Shown piece by piece: positions 50,918-60,617 of a stretch of 64,000 bases of DNA (positions are counted from its first letter, which is position 1; each line of letters begins with the position of its first letter). The position numbers were made by a program, and so were the translations under genes. Where the stretch lies: positions 1,952,001-2,016,000 of the forward strand of contig CP084166.1 of NCBI GenBank assembly GCA_021513695.1. Reading direction: 5' to 3'. The stretch comes from Candidatus Heimdallarchaeum aukensis (lineage in GTDB: Archaea; Asgardarchaeota; Heimdallarchaeia; Heimdallarchaeales; Heimdallarchaeaceae). The notes under the pieces were generated by a model. The model ran no database searches. It was given only the letters and a program-made list of their open reading frames with translations, and was not told the origin of the DNA.

Positions 50918-53900
50918 CGAACTATGCCTACGCCATGCTGTGGATGACTTGGCTGGGGAACCGATGAAGGTCGTGGTAAGCCGCGAAAGGCCTCGGGGAG
51001 ACGCAAACAGTCTACGATCCGAGGGTCACCGAATGGGGATCCCGACACAGCCTAATAAGTTGTGTCAACCAGTAATGGTGGGGAACGTGGGGAACCGAAA
51101 CATCCAAGTACCCACAGGAAAAGAAAACAATTGTGATTCCGTGAGTAACGGCGAGTGAAAGCGGAACAGGTCAAACCGAATTCCCTTTTCGAAAGATTAG
51201 GGTAGATGTGGTGTTTGTGACTGCAATATGGACCGTCAGCGTGAAGTCGAAGACAATGTGGAACATTGCGCCATAGAGGGTAAAAGCCCCGTAGACGTAA
51301 GCGCTCGGCCTAGCAGGATCAAGACTAGCGTGGCTTGGATTTGTCGCGCAAATATGGGAAAACTATGTCCCAAACCTAAATATTCCCCCAGACCGATAGC
51401 GCACTAGTAGCGTGAGCAAAAGTTGAAAAGTATCCAAAATATGGGAGTGAAAAGACCCTGAAACAGCATGGTAACAGACGTGGATGGCTCGAAAGCGTAG
51501 ATTCTCAGCGAAGGAACTCACCGTGAGGTGTTAGTACGAGCTGAGAGGAGCGGGGTCATCCGTTCCGTCTAGAAACACGGGCCGAGGAGTTCAGATTCGT
51601 GGCGAGCCTAAACGTATGTGGTGGCGTAGCGAAAGCGACCTGCACGCAGCACTTATGTGCCAGGTGCGACGTACGATAAGTGCGTGAAGTCACGGGTCTG
51701 AGACACGAAAGGAGTCGATCTACCCCTGGTTAAGGTGAAGCGCTTCGAAAGGAGCGTGGAGGCCTGAAGGGTTTCTAATATGCAATTTGTTCCTCTGAAC
51801 TGGGGGTAGTGGCAAAAGACCAATCTAGACTCCTGATAGCTTGTTCCCGCCGAAGTATAACCACAGTATAGCGTCACCGGAGGTTGCATGTGAGGTAGAG
51901 CTACGGACGGGTTGTCCCGGGGAGTGAAATCCTCGCCAATCCTTCCAACTCCGAACTTGCATGCGCCGTAGATGGTGGCAGACGGGCGTGTATCCGCAAG
52001 GGATATGGCCGCGAGGGGTTCAACCCAGAGGTTGGTTAAGGGCCCTAAATCCTGGTTAAATGTTAAACTGAATGACGTCCAACGGCTTAGACAATGAGGC
52101 GGTAAGCTTAGAAGCAGCTATCCGTTAAAAAAAGCGTAACAGCTTACTCATCGAGCTGTTGGGCTCAGAAAATGGACGGGGCTAAACCAGGTCCCGATAC
52201 CAATCCGAACTTCAAAAGAGTTTTGGGTAGGCGGGCGATCAGGTTGGGCTGAAGCTGGGGGGTGACTCCCAGTGGACCGGCTTGATTTGCAGATCTCGGC
52301 GGTAGTAGGAGCATAGTGAGGTGAGAATCCTCATCGCCGAAAGCCCAAGGGTTCCTTGGCACTGTTCGTCAGCCAAGGGTTAGTCGGTCCTAAGGGTGAT
52401 CTTAACACGAATCACTCGAAAGGGAAACAGGTTCATATTCCTGTACCGCGCATATAGGTGTGGTGACACAAGCTTTGAGCAGACACTGGTGGGTAGGTGG
52501 CCTAGGAGCGTATCCTAGTTAAATCCCGAATTCTGGGGAGAACCGTTATGGTGAGAACCAGAAGAATGGATGAATAGGCTGGCCATCGGTTGCTGGCTGC
52601 CATCAATCCCAACAGTCCATGAAAATGCGAGAAGAACGATTATGCGCGACCGTACCCAGAACCGTGACAGGTGTGGCTAGCTGAGAAGGCTAAGGCGTGT
52701 TAGGAGAAATCAGGTGAAGGAAATCGGCAAATTAGCCCCGTATCTTGGGTATAAGGGGTGCCTGGAAAGGTGTATGCCTTCCCAGGTCGCAGTGACAAGG
52801 GGCACCCGACTGTTTAATAAAAACATAGCAAACTGCAAGGGTGAAAACCTGTGTACAGTTTGTGAATCCTGGCCGGTGCTGGTGATTGAAACCTGGGTAC
52901 AACCAGGCTAAGACCCAGTAAACGCCGGAGCTAACTATGAGCTTCTTAAGGTAGGCAAATGCCTTGTCTGCTAATTACAGACGTCCATGAAGGGACCAAC
53001 GAGGTGCCCACTGTCTCCACCTGAATCCTACTGAACCCACAGTCCAGCGAACAGTCTGGAATGCACCATCGGGAAGAGAAGACCCTGTAGAGCTTTACTG
53101 CTGTCAGAGGCTGTTGTACTGGTGCTCATACATAGAATAGTCAGGAGGCGTCGATCCTACATTCTCCGGGATGTAGGGGAGCCGACAGTGAAATACTGAC
53201 TTTGAGCATTGGTACGACTCACCTCTTGCGAGGGGGACACCCTCTGCCTGGCAGTTTCACTGGGGCGGTAGCCTCTTGAAAAGATATCAAGAGGGCCCAA
53301 AGCCAAGCTCAACCGGGACAGAAATCCGGTGTAGAGTGCAAGGGCAAAAGCTTGGTTGACTGTGAACTGATAGAGAAGGTTCGCAGATGTTAACGCAGGG
53401 CCTAGCGATCCTTCGCATTGCCCATAGTAGGCGGCGGAGGTGGCGGAAAAGTTACCTCAGGGGTAACTACACTTTGATGTTACACTATCAAAGTGGCTAG
53501 ACAAAAAGGAACTTTTCCTGCATTGCACTTTATCTTTTCAAGGGCACGAAAAAATGAAACAAAAAAATAAAGCTAAGGTGGGTCAAATTTTACCCGAATG
53601 AATAATATACCGCAAAAAAAAGTTATCGAGTGAGGATTACTTACAAGTTTTCGCCTAATGGTCAAAAGGAAAACTTGAGCGGATTAGAACGGATCCAACA
53701 TCTGCCTTAACCATCAAGAAAAAAGACCCTTGGAAAAGATGAAGAGCCATTTTGAAAGTGTGAGGTCAAGAGGTTATTAGATCGGTAACTTGCCTTAAGC
53801 CGAGGCTGACAACTAATCTAATAACCGAAGTCGAAAAGACTGGTGTAGCCCTGAACAGAGTTGTCGTGGGTAAGAGTTCACATCGACCTCACGGCTTGCT

Positions 53901-54340
53901 ACCTCGATGTCGGCTCTTCCTAGCTTGGAGGTGATTCAGCTTCCAAGAGTGGGGTTGTTCGCCCATTAAAAGGGAACGTGAGCTGGGTTTAGACCGTTGT
54001 GAGACAGGTTGGATTCTATCTGATGGTGCTGGCGGGAGATTGAGAGTAAAACCTCCACAGTACGAGAGGAACAGGCGGTTGGGGCCTCTGGTGTATCGGT
54101 TGTCCTCCCGGGCATTGCCGAGTAGCTAAGCCCTTGAAGATAAGAGCGGAAAGCATCTATGCTCGAAGCTTCTCTCGAAACGAGTCTCCCATTCTGTACC
54201 TTTTGGGGGCTGGTGACAGCAACCTTTGGTATAGACGAGAGCACGGAAAGAAGATCCGGTTGATAGAGCAGGGGTGTGCGCGTCGAGCTTCGGCGAGATG
54301 TTTAGCCCACTGCTACTAATCGCTCAAGCGTAGTTCGACC
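50918..54340 (+). rRNA. 23S (large-subunit) rRNA, interrupted by a ~389-nt insertion
   Basis: Conserved 23S blocks recognised by eye: 5' GGATGACTTGGCTGGGGAACCGATGAAGG, GACTGTTTAATAAAAACATAGC, GGGGTAAC...AGAGTTCACATCGAC...CTCGATGTCGGCTCTTCC. The 5' and 3' ends pair (GAACTATGC / GCGTAGTTC). GC is about 50%, against about 30% for the genome. Confidence 0.9.
53468..53856 (+). other. putative 23S rRNA intron (non-coding, AT-rich)
   Basis: The conserved domain V sequence GGGGTAAC|AGAGTTGTCGTGGGTAAGAGTTCACATCGAC is split by about 389 nt of AT-rich sequence. The boundaries are ambiguous by 2-3 nt. Confidence 0.6.
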
Positions 54341-54365
54341 AAATAGGTATCAGTTCGTCAGATAC

Positions 54366-54388
54366 TTGGAGAGTTCTTGTCAGCTGAC
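54366..54388 (+). other. 3' half of the 23S rRNA processing stem
   Basis: TTGGAGAGTTCTTGTCAGCTGAC is the reverse complement of 50867..50889. Confidence 0.7.
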
Positions 54389-54591
54389 TTTTTTTTTGTC
54401 TTTTTTTCTTATTTTCCTTTTTCCTTGAACTTTTACTTCATTTGTATCTTTTTTTTGAAAATTTTCTTCTTTCTGTGCGAGATTTCTTTATTCTTTTTTC
54501 CTTTCTCTTCTCTTTTTTTGTAATACCTTGATATTTTGACAATGATATTTGTATTTCTATGTTATTTTTTATTAATACTCCTTGAGCAACT

Positions 54592-55773
54592 ATGAGTGAT
54601 AATAGTAATCTTAATCCTATTCACCTTAACAATGATGTTTCTCAGGGCGATTCTTCTTCTCTTAGTTGTCCTGTAAGTCCTGATGTCGGTACTTCTGATG
54701 AAGAATTATTGTCTCTTCTTCAGACTAGTTCTTCTCGTACTTCTAAATATGATACTAATAACGCTAATGCTGAGATTATTGAATATGTTCGAGATGATCG
54801 TATTTTAGCTATTGGTGTTGGTGGAGCTGGTAGTAACGCCATTAATAATATCATTGAGCGTGGTGGTATTGGTGGGGCTACTACAATTGCTATTAATACT
54901 GATGCTCGTCATCTTTTAAATACAAAGGCTGAGAAAAAGCTCCTTATTGGCAAGGAATTAACTCGCGGTACTGGTGCAGGTAATGATCCTAATATTGGTC
55001 ATGCTGCTGCGGTTGAGAACGAGGAAGAGATACGTGAACTTGTTCGTGGAACTGATTTAGTTTTTATTGCTTGTGGACTTGGAAAAGGTACAGGTACTGG
55101 TGCTGCTCCCTATATTGCGAAGATAGCTCAAGAAGAAGGTTGTTTGGTTATTAGTGTTTGTACTCTTCCTTTTGCTTCTGAAGGAGAAAGTAAGATGCGT
55201 ACTGCTTTACGTGGTTTACAAGAGTTGAACCGCCACTCTAATACTATTATTATTGTTCCTAATGAGAAGTTAGTATTGGAAGCTGCTGATTTTTCAGTAT
55301 TAGACGCTTTTGAGATGGCTGATGAAGTTTTGATTAATGCTGTTGTTGGTTTAACCGATGTTATCGTTGAAACTGCTAAGATTAATGTTGATCTTGCTGA
55401 CACTAAGAAAATTTTGCGTAATAGTGGCCCTGCTGTTATTAGTATCGGTAAAGGAAAAGGAGAGAATCGTGCTCTTGACGCAGTTAACGCAGTATTAACC
55501 AATAGTATGTTAGAGGCTGATATTTCTAAGTCTACTGGTGCTCTTGTTAATATAAAAGCTAATAAGAAGATTACCACAATGGAGCTTGAAGCTATTACCA
55601 ATGAAATAACTTCTCGTATCGCCCCTGATGCTTTATTCATTTGGGGTCTGAGTATTGATGATACTATGGCTGATGATGAATTGTTTGTTACTGTTGTCAT
55701 CGCTGAAGTTGATTCTCCTTATCTTGAACTTGATGAAGACGAAACCACTATTGAGGACTTATGGTATAACTAG
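54592..55773 (+). CDS. ftsZ: cell division GTPase FtsZ
   Basis: IGVGGAGSNAIN and GTGTGAAP (the tubulin signature), plus a low-complexity N-terminal extension. Confidence 0.9.
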   Translation: MSDNSNLNPIHLNNDVSQGDSSSLSCPVSPDVGTSDEELLSLLQTSSSRTSKYDTNNANAEIIEYVRDDRILAIGVGGAGSNAINNIIERGGIGGATTIAINTDARHLLNTKAEKKLLIGKELTRGTGAGNDPNIGHAAAVENEEEIRELVRGTDLVFIACGLGKGTGTGAAPYIAKIAQEEGCLVISVCTLPFASEGESKMRTALRGLQELNRHSNTIIIVPNEKLVLEAADFSVLDAFEMADEVLINAVVGLTDVIVETAKINVDLADTKKILRNSGPAVISIGKGKGENRALDAVNAVLTNSMLEADISKSTGALVNIKANKKITTMELEAITNEITSRIAPDALFIWGLSIDDTMADDELFVTVVIAEVDSPYLELDEDETTIEDLWYN

Positions 55774-55953
55774 CTACATCATTTACTTTTTTTGTTTTTT
55801 CAATTTTAGTTAGTTATTTTGTTTACTTGACTTTGTTTGTTTTGAAGGTGGAATATTAAATTTAACTTGTTGTCCAAGAGCACTTTTTTTAAAGTCGATA
55901 ATCTAAGAAATTTGTGGTCTTTTTATCTTTCTAATTATTATATTAATTGAAAA

Positions 55954-56787
55954 ATGAAGAAATTTGACATTGTAGCCACTGATAACTTTATATTACTTCA
56001 ATCAGGAAAAACATTTGTTGGTATTGTTGGTTATGCAATTATCTGTATAGATTGTTCCTTTGAAGAACAAAATAAAGCAGTAAAAGATCTTGTCAAACTT
56101 ATTATTGAGCTAAATCTTTCCTTTACTTTCCATTTTGAAGAAAAAGCAGTAAAGATCTTTTTCTTAATTAGTAGTAGTAAAACGACAGATATCTTAAACT
56201 CTGTTGTTAAATTAGAATCAAGGATAAGTCTTCTGTCAAACACTAGTCAATTATTCCTCTCTCCTCTTAATCATAAGGAATTATCTCATAAGATTTCAAG
56301 GTTCTATTTTCGCTCTGTAAATAAGACCATTTGTGAAAAAACTTTTCACTTAGGCGATTCCTTATTTACTTTTTTCACATTTATTCCCATTTCTAACAAA
56401 AATGAGACGATAACTCCTATCATACAACGTTTAGTTAAACAATATAAGTGTAAAGTTGTTCTCAGTAATAGATTAGAAAAAGTAAAAAATTCAGATTGTA
56501 ACTATCTTCAGGGCATCATTATCTCAAAGGAGTTAGGAAACGAAAAGGAAAAAGATATTTTCTTTAATCAGTTTAATGAACTTCTGGACATTCACGATCC
56601 TGATTGTACTATATTGGTTCGATTTTTTTCAGCAAAAGAAATTGAACAAAATAAAATTTTCTTTGCTTTGGGTTATCCCACAATCGAAAGTCATTTTGAC
56701 AACGATATGCTTTGTAAAATGGTTCAGAACAGTTTATCTAACACTATTAAAAAGAGGGTTGGTTTTTCTACTCTACCAAATAGTTAA
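55954..56787 (+). CDS. hypothetical protein
   Basis: ORF upstream of rpp21 on the same strand. Confidence 0.4.
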   Translation: MKKFDIVATDNFILLQSGKTFVGIVGYAIICIDCSFEEQNKAVKDLVKLIIELNLSFTFHFEEKAVKIFFLISSSKTTDILNSVVKLESRISLLSNTSQLFLSPLNHKELSHKISRFYFRSVNKTICEKTFHLGDSLFTFFTFIPISNKNETITPIIQRLVKQYKCKVVLSNRLEKVKNSDCNYLQGIIISKELGNEKEKDIFFNQFNELLDIHDPDCTILVRFFSAKEIEQNKIFFALGYPTIESHFDNDMLCKMVQNSLSNTIKKRVGFSTLPNS

Positions 56788-56812
56788 AAAAATTGTTAAG
56801 ATTTTGTTTTTA

Positions 56813-57184
56813 ATGAGTAACTGGGAAAAAAAGTATCCTTACTTTCGAAAAAGACCTAAACCAAAACAAATGAGAAAAAAAATATTACAAGAGGTTGCTA
56901 TAGAGCAAATTAACAATTTACTCACTAAAGCTGACAATTTGATTAAAACTGATTTTAAGCTCGCACAAAGGTATGTTGAACAAGCTAGAAAGATTCAAAT
57001 GCGAACCCGTGTTAGTCTTCCCAGTTATTGGAAAAAAAGAATTTGCCGCCATTGTAAAATACTCTTAAAACCAGGAGTAAACTGTAAAGTTCGTTTGTCA
57101 ACCACTAATCGAGTTGTATCTATTAAGTGTAATATTTGTGGTCAATACAACAGGTTCCCATATTATAAACACAAAAAAAGGTAA
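56813..57184 (+). CDS. RNase P protein subunit Rpp21/Rpr2
   Basis: LAQRYVEQARKI...CRHCKILLKPGVNCKVRL...CNICG. The ORF-track frame 56576..57184 extends upstream through a hydrophobic stretch I judge non-coding. I chose Met80 of that frame. Confidence 0.65.
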   Translation: MSNWEKKYPYFRKRPKPKQMRKKILQEVAIEQINNLLTKADNLIKTDFKLAQRYVEQARKIQMRTRVSLPSYWKKRICRHCKILLKPGVNCKVRLSTTNRVVSIKCNICGQYNRFPYYKHKKR

Positions 57185-57191
57185 ATGTACA

Positions 57192-57437
57192 ATGAAGGAA
57201 TTACTATCTCGTGTTAAACAAGAACCAGCAAAACTTAGAATAGGAAAAAAAGGTGTTACAGAAGCTATTATTGACGAAGTTGAGAATCTTTTAAAAAGAG
57301 ATTCAGCAGTTAAAATCAAGTGTTTAAAGATTATTCCAAATGAATCTATTGAACCTATTGCAAAAAATATTGCTAAATTAACTCATAGTAAATTGGTCGA
57401 AATTAGAGGGAAAACATTCATTCTCTTGAAAATTTAA
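57192..57437 (+). CDS. YhbY/CRM-domain RNA-binding protein
   Basis: LRIGKKGVTEAIIDEVENLLKRDSAVKIKCL matches the YhbY pattern. The ORF-track start at 57114 is probably too far upstream. Confidence 0.6.
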   Translation: MKELLSRVKQEPAKLRIGKKGVTEAIIDEVENLLKRDSAVKIKCLKIIPNESIEPIAKNIAKLTHSKLVEIRGKTFILLKI

Positions 57438-57447
57438 ACTTATTTTT

Positions 57448-58125
57448 TTAAAGAGAACTTAGAAGCAATTCAAAAATTCTCATGCTTTCAGGACCTGTTG
57501 TATCTTCTCCTACAAAAGCTCCAGTAGAATTTGCTATTATTCCTATTTTTGGATAAGGAACTCCTCTATTTACTGTTGTCAAGTCTACTTTAACTTTCAA
57601 CAGAGAAGCAAGTTCTCTTTTTTCTTCTTCTGTTGTTAGTGGGTGAACTAAACATCCTCTATTTGTTGCTAATCCTGTTGTTCCCACTAAGGGAGAAAAT
57701 ATGATATTACCTACTATAGTTTCAATTCCAAGAGCGTCTTCAATTTGTTTCTGAGCTTTTTTCTCGAATATTTCACTTATTACTGCCCCTTTATCGTTTA
57801 AAAGTATGAGATTTCCTAGAGCGGTATATTTACTTTTGATTTCTACAATCTCAACATCAAGTTCCTCTAGTTGAGAAAAGTTATTGTATTCTGTTTCTGT
57901 CATATTTGGTGGAATTAGAAGCGTTTTCGAGTTACCAGCCAACATTGTTCCAAGTAAAACAGTGTTAGCAACAGAATTTTGAATTATTTTACACTCTAGT
58001 GTTTCTTCAATTAGTTCTTTTGTTGTTTCTTTGATCCCAAAAGGAACTATAGCATACTTATCTGTTGCAAATCCGAATATTCCTATCCCTGAATTGCCTA
58101 AAATAGTTCCTTTTGAAATTTCCAA
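57448..58125 (-). CDS. eif6: translation initiation factor 6 (aIF6)
   Basis: KSKYTALGNLILLNDKGAVIS, ATNRGCLVHP and IANSTGAFVGEDTTGPE are characteristic of e/aIF6. Confidence 0.85.
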   Translation of the reverse strand: MEISKGTILGNSGIGIFGFATDKYAIVPFGIKETTKELIEETLECKIIQNSVANTVLLGTMLAGNSKTLLIPPNMTETEYNNFSQLEELDVEIVEIKSKYTALGNLILLNDKGAVISEIFEKKAQKQIEDALGIETIVGNIIFSPLVGTTGLATNRGCLVHPLTTEEEKRELASLLKVKVDLTTVNRGVPYPKIGIIANSTGAFVGEDTTGPESMRIFELLLSSL

Positions 58126-58162
58126 TTTAATCCCCTTGTTTTTTAAAAAAAAGATAAAAGTT

Positions 58163-58573
58163 TTAGGAAGAGGGTTCTTCTTCTGAAGTTTCTTCTTCTG
58201 GATTATCTTCTTCCTCTTCTTCTTCCTCCTCTTCCTCTAATTCTGTTGGGACTGTAATTCCTTCTAATTCTGGGCGAGCTTCAACTTCTACTTTTTCTGT
58301 TACTAGTTTTACTGTTGCAACTTTAAGTTCTTCTTCTATTTCAACTAAAGTGCGAACTTTAACTCTTCTAGGTGGTTTTTCGATTCCTCTTTCCCAGATA
58401 TATTCATTTAATTTATTATCAATCACAACAATATCTGCTTTTGTATGTTTAAGTATATACTCTTTTAACAATCTTATAGCTCTTGGAGCTCTTTTATATC
58501 TTGGAGTTTTATTTAATTTTGGGAAGAAAGGAACAGTATAAATTATTTCAAGAGGTTCTTGTGACATTTTCAT
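58163..58573 (-). CDS. rpl31e: ribosomal protein L31e
   Basis: The L31e core with an acidic C-terminal tail. Confidence 0.8.
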   Translation of the reverse strand: MKMSQEPLEIIYTVPFFPKLNKTPRYKRAPRAIRLLKEYILKHTKADIVVIDNKLNEYIWERGIEKPPRRVKVRTLVEIEEELKVATVKLVTEKVEVEARPELEGITVPTELEEEEEEEEEEDNPEEETSEEEPSS

Positions 58574-58580
58574 TCAACTC

Positions 58581-58736
58581 CTATTTTTTAACCCTTACTT
58601 GTCTCCAGCTTCTTCTTTTTGGGTGAGTTCTTACTCTACGATTAGTTCGTACAACAATCCAGCTCGGAACTGAACTGTTTGTCTTCATACTTTTTGCATA
58701 TCGCAGTTTTCTGGATAATACTTTATTTCTCGCCAT
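58581..58736 (-). CDS. rpl39e: ribosomal protein L39e (51 aa, absent from the ORF track)
   Basis: Hand translation gives MARNKVLSRKLRYAKSMKTNSSVPSWIVVRTNRRVRTHPKRRSWRQVRVKK. The start overlaps the upstream gene's stop (TAATG). Confidence 0.8.
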   Translation of the reverse strand: MARNKVLSRKLRYAKSMKTNSSVPSWIVVRTNRRVRTHPKRRSWRQVRVKK

Positions 58737-59086
58737 TATATTCGCCTTATATCAATTTTTGTTTCTCTTTTTTGTCCTTGTAGTTTTTTTAAGAGCTCTT
58801 TAAGTTGAGCATCATTGATTTCGCTCCTGAGAGCACCTTGTTGGGCAAGTTGAATCAGTTGTAGTTCAACAGATTCAGCTAATTGTGGTCTTACTAATTT
58901 TACATTTGCTAACCTTTGTCTAGCATCTTCAGTGAGAATTTGACGTAGGATAGCTTGTTTTTGAGCTTCAATATTTGCTTCTTGTTCCTTTTGCATCTGT
59001 CGTACTGCTTCATTTTGTTGTAATTGAGCTAGTTTTCGACGTCGAATTTCTTCTAATTCTTCATCATAACCCAACTTTCTCACCAA
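58736..59086 (-). CDS. PDCD5-like dsDNA-binding protein
   Basis: A basic/Gln-rich 116-aa protein with ILRQILTEDARQRLANVKLVRP. It sits at the conserved position between S19e and L39e. Confidence 0.65.
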   Translation of the reverse strand: MVRKLGYDEELEEIRRRKLAQLQQNEAVRQMQKEQEANIEAQKQAILRQILTEDARQRLANVKLVRPQLAESVELQLIQLAQQGALRSEINDAQLKELLKKLQGQKRETKIDIRRI

Positions 59087-59111
59087 CTTACTAGGACAAA
59101 CTTTCTATTGC

Positions 59112-59576
59112 TTAATATCTCTCTAAAGCAGGAATTTCTCGCTTTATTTCAGCCGAAATTCGATCAACAAAGGATTGCCCTTCTGGGCTAATTACTCGTC
59201 CATAGATAGCCTTTCCTTTTTTAAGATGATCAGTTTTCTTTTGAATATAATTTGCTTTTTCTAATTGCTGAATAATCTTTCTGATAATAGAGCCACTTCC
59301 TTTTGCGAAATGTTCTCTTCTTACACCTCTACGATGTTTCCCACCATAAATTACACGGAGTCTTGAAACACCTATTGGTCCTTTTAAGTATATCTTTCTG
59401 AGGATAGAAGCTGCTCTAATGTACCACCAATCTTTTTGAACAGGAATATTTTCTTTATGAACACCTGTCTTAGAATATAGTGCCCATTCTGGTGGTTGAA
59501 TATTGGGGTTATTCTTTAATTCTTCAGCAATTCGTAATATCAATTTATCTGCAGGAACATCATACGCGCTTGGCAT
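59112..59576 (-). CDS. rps19e: ribosomal protein S19e
   Basis: The S19e pattern PEWALYSKTGVHKE...WYIRAASILRKIY...GGKHRRG. Confidence 0.85.
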   Translation of the reverse strand: MPSAYDVPADKLILRIAEELKNNPNIQPPEWALYSKTGVHKENIPVQKDWWYIRAASILRKIYLKGPIGVSRLRVIYGGKHRRGVRREHFAKGSGSIIRKIIQQLEKANYIQKKTDHLKKGKAIYGRVISPEGQSFVDRISAEIKREIPALERY

Positions 59577-59802
59577 TTATTATTTCACTCATTACATTTT
59601 TTTTGCGAGAAAGCTTAACTTTGCTTTTTCCGATTTTTCTGTTTGTAAGTTGTTTTAAAAATATTGCTTTGATAGCTAGAATTATTTCGTTTTTTGGAAA
59701 AAAATTTAGTCTAAATATTAAATTATAGTAGATATTTTATGTTCTTGTTTCTATAATTCTATAAACTAATTCTGTTGTGATTTTTATTTTTATTTCAAAG
59801 GA

Positions 59803-60567
59803 TTATTCGGTTTCAAATTTTTTTACAATATAGTTTCCAATAATCTCAAAAGCTTTATCGATATTTACGCCTGTTTTTGCTGATGTTTGTAGGAAAAAGT
59901 TTTCAACTCCCTTTTCTTTTGTTTTTTTATTCAAATCATCTACAAACTTAGCTATTTCATCTTTTCTAACTTCTTGATTAGGAAGGTCACTCTTATTTCC
60001 TAAAATAATAACTGGTATTACTCCCCTACCATTATTTTGGTAAAGTTCTTCTAACCATGTAGAAAGGTTTGTAAAAGTCTCTCTTCTTGTTAAATCAAAA
60101 ATAGCTAAAGCACCAAAACATCCACGATAAAAACGACTTCTTACTCTTTTAAAGAACTCTTGGCCTGCAATGTCCCAAATTTGAAATTTGATACTATCTC
60201 CATCTATTGTTGTTTCTTTTACAGCAAAATCTGCACCTAGGGTGGCAAGATGTTCTTTTACAAATCCTTCTCCCAGATATTTTCTCCTTATCGAAGTTTT
60301 ACCCACTGCCCCATCGCCAATTAAAACAAGTTTGATCATGAAGGATTTTTTCTCCTTATCTGGCTTTTTTTCCACCATGTTCTTACGTTTATTTACTTCT
60401 TTTGTGGTCTTTGGCATATTCTCTTGAAATAGAGTTATGCCCTTTTTTGTTTCAGATTCCTTTTGTTTTTTTTCCATCTCTGATACAACCTTATTTTTAT
60501 TGAATATAAATATTACCAGTTTTTGCAATTTTTTAGCAAGTGGACAGTTGGAACTAATGTTCTTCAT
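59803..60567 (-). CDS. Rab-like small GTPase with ~75-aa N-terminal extension
   Basis: G1 GDGAVGKTS, G3 WDIAGQE, G4 GNKSD, G5 TSAK. Confidence 0.7.
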   Translation of the reverse strand: MKNISSNCPLAKKLQKLVIFIFNKNKVVSEMEKKQKESETKKGITLFQENMPKTTKEVNKRKNMVEKKPDKEKKSFMIKLVLIGDGAVGKTSIRRKYLGEGFVKEHLATLGADFAVKETTIDGDSIKFQIWDIAGQEFFKRVRSRFYRGCFGALAIFDLTRRETFTNLSTWLEELYQNNGRGVIPVIILGNKSDLPNQEVRKDEIAKFVDDLNKKTKEKGVENFFLQTSAKTGVNIDKAFEIIGNYIVKKFETE

Positions 60568-60617
60568 ATCTTTTGAAAAAAATATGAGAAAGCGAATATT
60601 TATCTTAAACTAGTAAG

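Noticed and set aside
50940-54319. Six ORFs of 61-92 aa on both strands (50940..51158, 51653..51889, 52165..52362, 52714..52911, 53966..54244, 54134..54319)
   Set aside because: They lie entirely inside the 23S rRNA gene and are spurious translations of structural RNA.
56576-56812. N-terminal 79 aa of the ORF-track frame 56576..57184
   Set aside because: It is a hydrophobic leader overlapping the 3' end of the upstream gene. The Rpp21 homology begins at the internal Met (56813).
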